DNA of 64,000 nt from NCBI RefSeq assembly GCF_009914755.1, contig NC_060947.1; one strand, written 5' to 3'. The DNA comes from the human T2T-CHM13v2.0 reference genome, Homo sapiens. This document shows, one piece after another, positions 63,042-64,000 of this stretch. The notes under the pieces were generated by a model that had not been told where the DNA came from, did no database searches, and saw only the letters and a program-made list of their open reading frames with translations. Positions within the stretch are counted from its first letter, which is position 1. The number at the start of each line of letters is the position of its first letter. The translations under genes were made by a program, and so were the position numbers.

Positions 63042-64000
63042 TTTATTTTTATTTTTACATGAATATGTTCTTTAGTGGTGATTTCTGAGAGTTCAGTGCA
63101 CCCATCACCTGAGCAGTTTACACTGTACCCAGTGTGTAGTCTTTTATCCCTCACCCGCCTCCCACACTTTCCCTTGAGTTCCCCAAAGTCCATTGTATCA
63201 TTCTTATGCCTTTGCATCTTCATAGCTTAGCTCCTCTTATGAGTGAGAACATACAATGTTTGATTTTCCATTCCTGAGTTACTTCACTTAGAATAATGGT
63301 CTCCAATTCCACCCAGGTTGCTGCAAATGTCATTATTTCGTTCCTTTTTATGGCTAAGTAGTATTCCATGGTACATATATTCAACATTTTGTTTATACAC
63401 TCATTGATTGAGGGGCTTTTGAGCTGGTTTCATACGTTTGCAATTGCGAATTGTGCTGCTATAAACATGCATGTGCAAGTATCTTTTTTTGTATAATGAC
63501 TTCTTTTCTTCTGGGTAGACACCCAGGAGTGGGATTGCTGGATCAAATGGTAGATCTACTTTTAGTTCTTTAAGGAATCTACACACTGTTTTCCATGGTG
63601 GTTGTACTAGTTCACATTCCCACCAACAGTGTAAAAGTGTTCCCTTTTCAACACCACATCCATGCCAACATCTACTATTTTTTTATTATGGCCATTCTTG
63701 CAGCAGTAAGGTAGTATCTCATTGTGGTTTTGATTTGCATTTCCCTAATAATTAGTGATATTCAGCATTTTTTCATATGTTTGTTGGCCATTTGTAAATC
63801 TTCTTTTGAGAATTGTCTATTCATGTCCTTATCCCAATTTTTGCTGGGATTATCTGTTTTTTTTCTTGCTGATTTGTTTGAGTTCCTTGTAGATTCTGGA
63901 CACTAGTCCTTTGTCAGAAACATAGATTGCGAAGATTTTCTCCCCATCTGTGGGTTGTCTGTTTACTCTGCTGATTATTTCTTTTGCTGTGCAGAAGCTT
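63042..64000 (-). mobile_element. Second L1PB 3' portion, running off the window end
   Basis: Reverse 3' UTR TTCTTTAGTGGTGATTTCTGAG...CCCCAAAGTCCATTGTATCATTCTTATGCCTTTGC and reverse ORF2 C-terminus ([17 protein letters not shown]). Confidence 0.93.

Overview
Primate (simian-type) nuclear genomic DNA, intergenic or deep intronic. I find no protein-coding gene, RNA gene, CpG island or CRISPR array. More than half of the window is recognisable interspersed repeat: many ancient MIR and L2 fragments, about nine ERVL LTR16/LTR33-type solo LTRs, many MaLR LTRs (MLT1, MST), one complete MSTA provirus (13602-16392, TSD GTGGA) carrying a MER1B, DNA transposon fossils (MER5A, MER47A, MER94), several truncated L1s, and a full-length decayed L1PB (56261-62900, TSD AAAGTATCAAGGT) tail-to-tail with a second L1PB. 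There is only one dimeric Alu and one monomer. All ORFs in the track are repeat-derived or chance; only the L1 ORF1/ORF2 and MaLR-internal remnants resemble known proteins. I did not find a demonstrable new biological system. The best leads are a candidate spliced non-coding 3' end (46690-47240), a palindrome-rich enhancer-like block (46090-46195), a cluster of palindromic forkhead sites (37944-38080), a fold-back L1 insertion (50483-51229) and a four-level nested insertion with TSDs at every level. Repeat subfamily names come from remembered consensus sequences and need RepeatMasker/Dfam confirmation; boundaries without a stated TSD are approximate.
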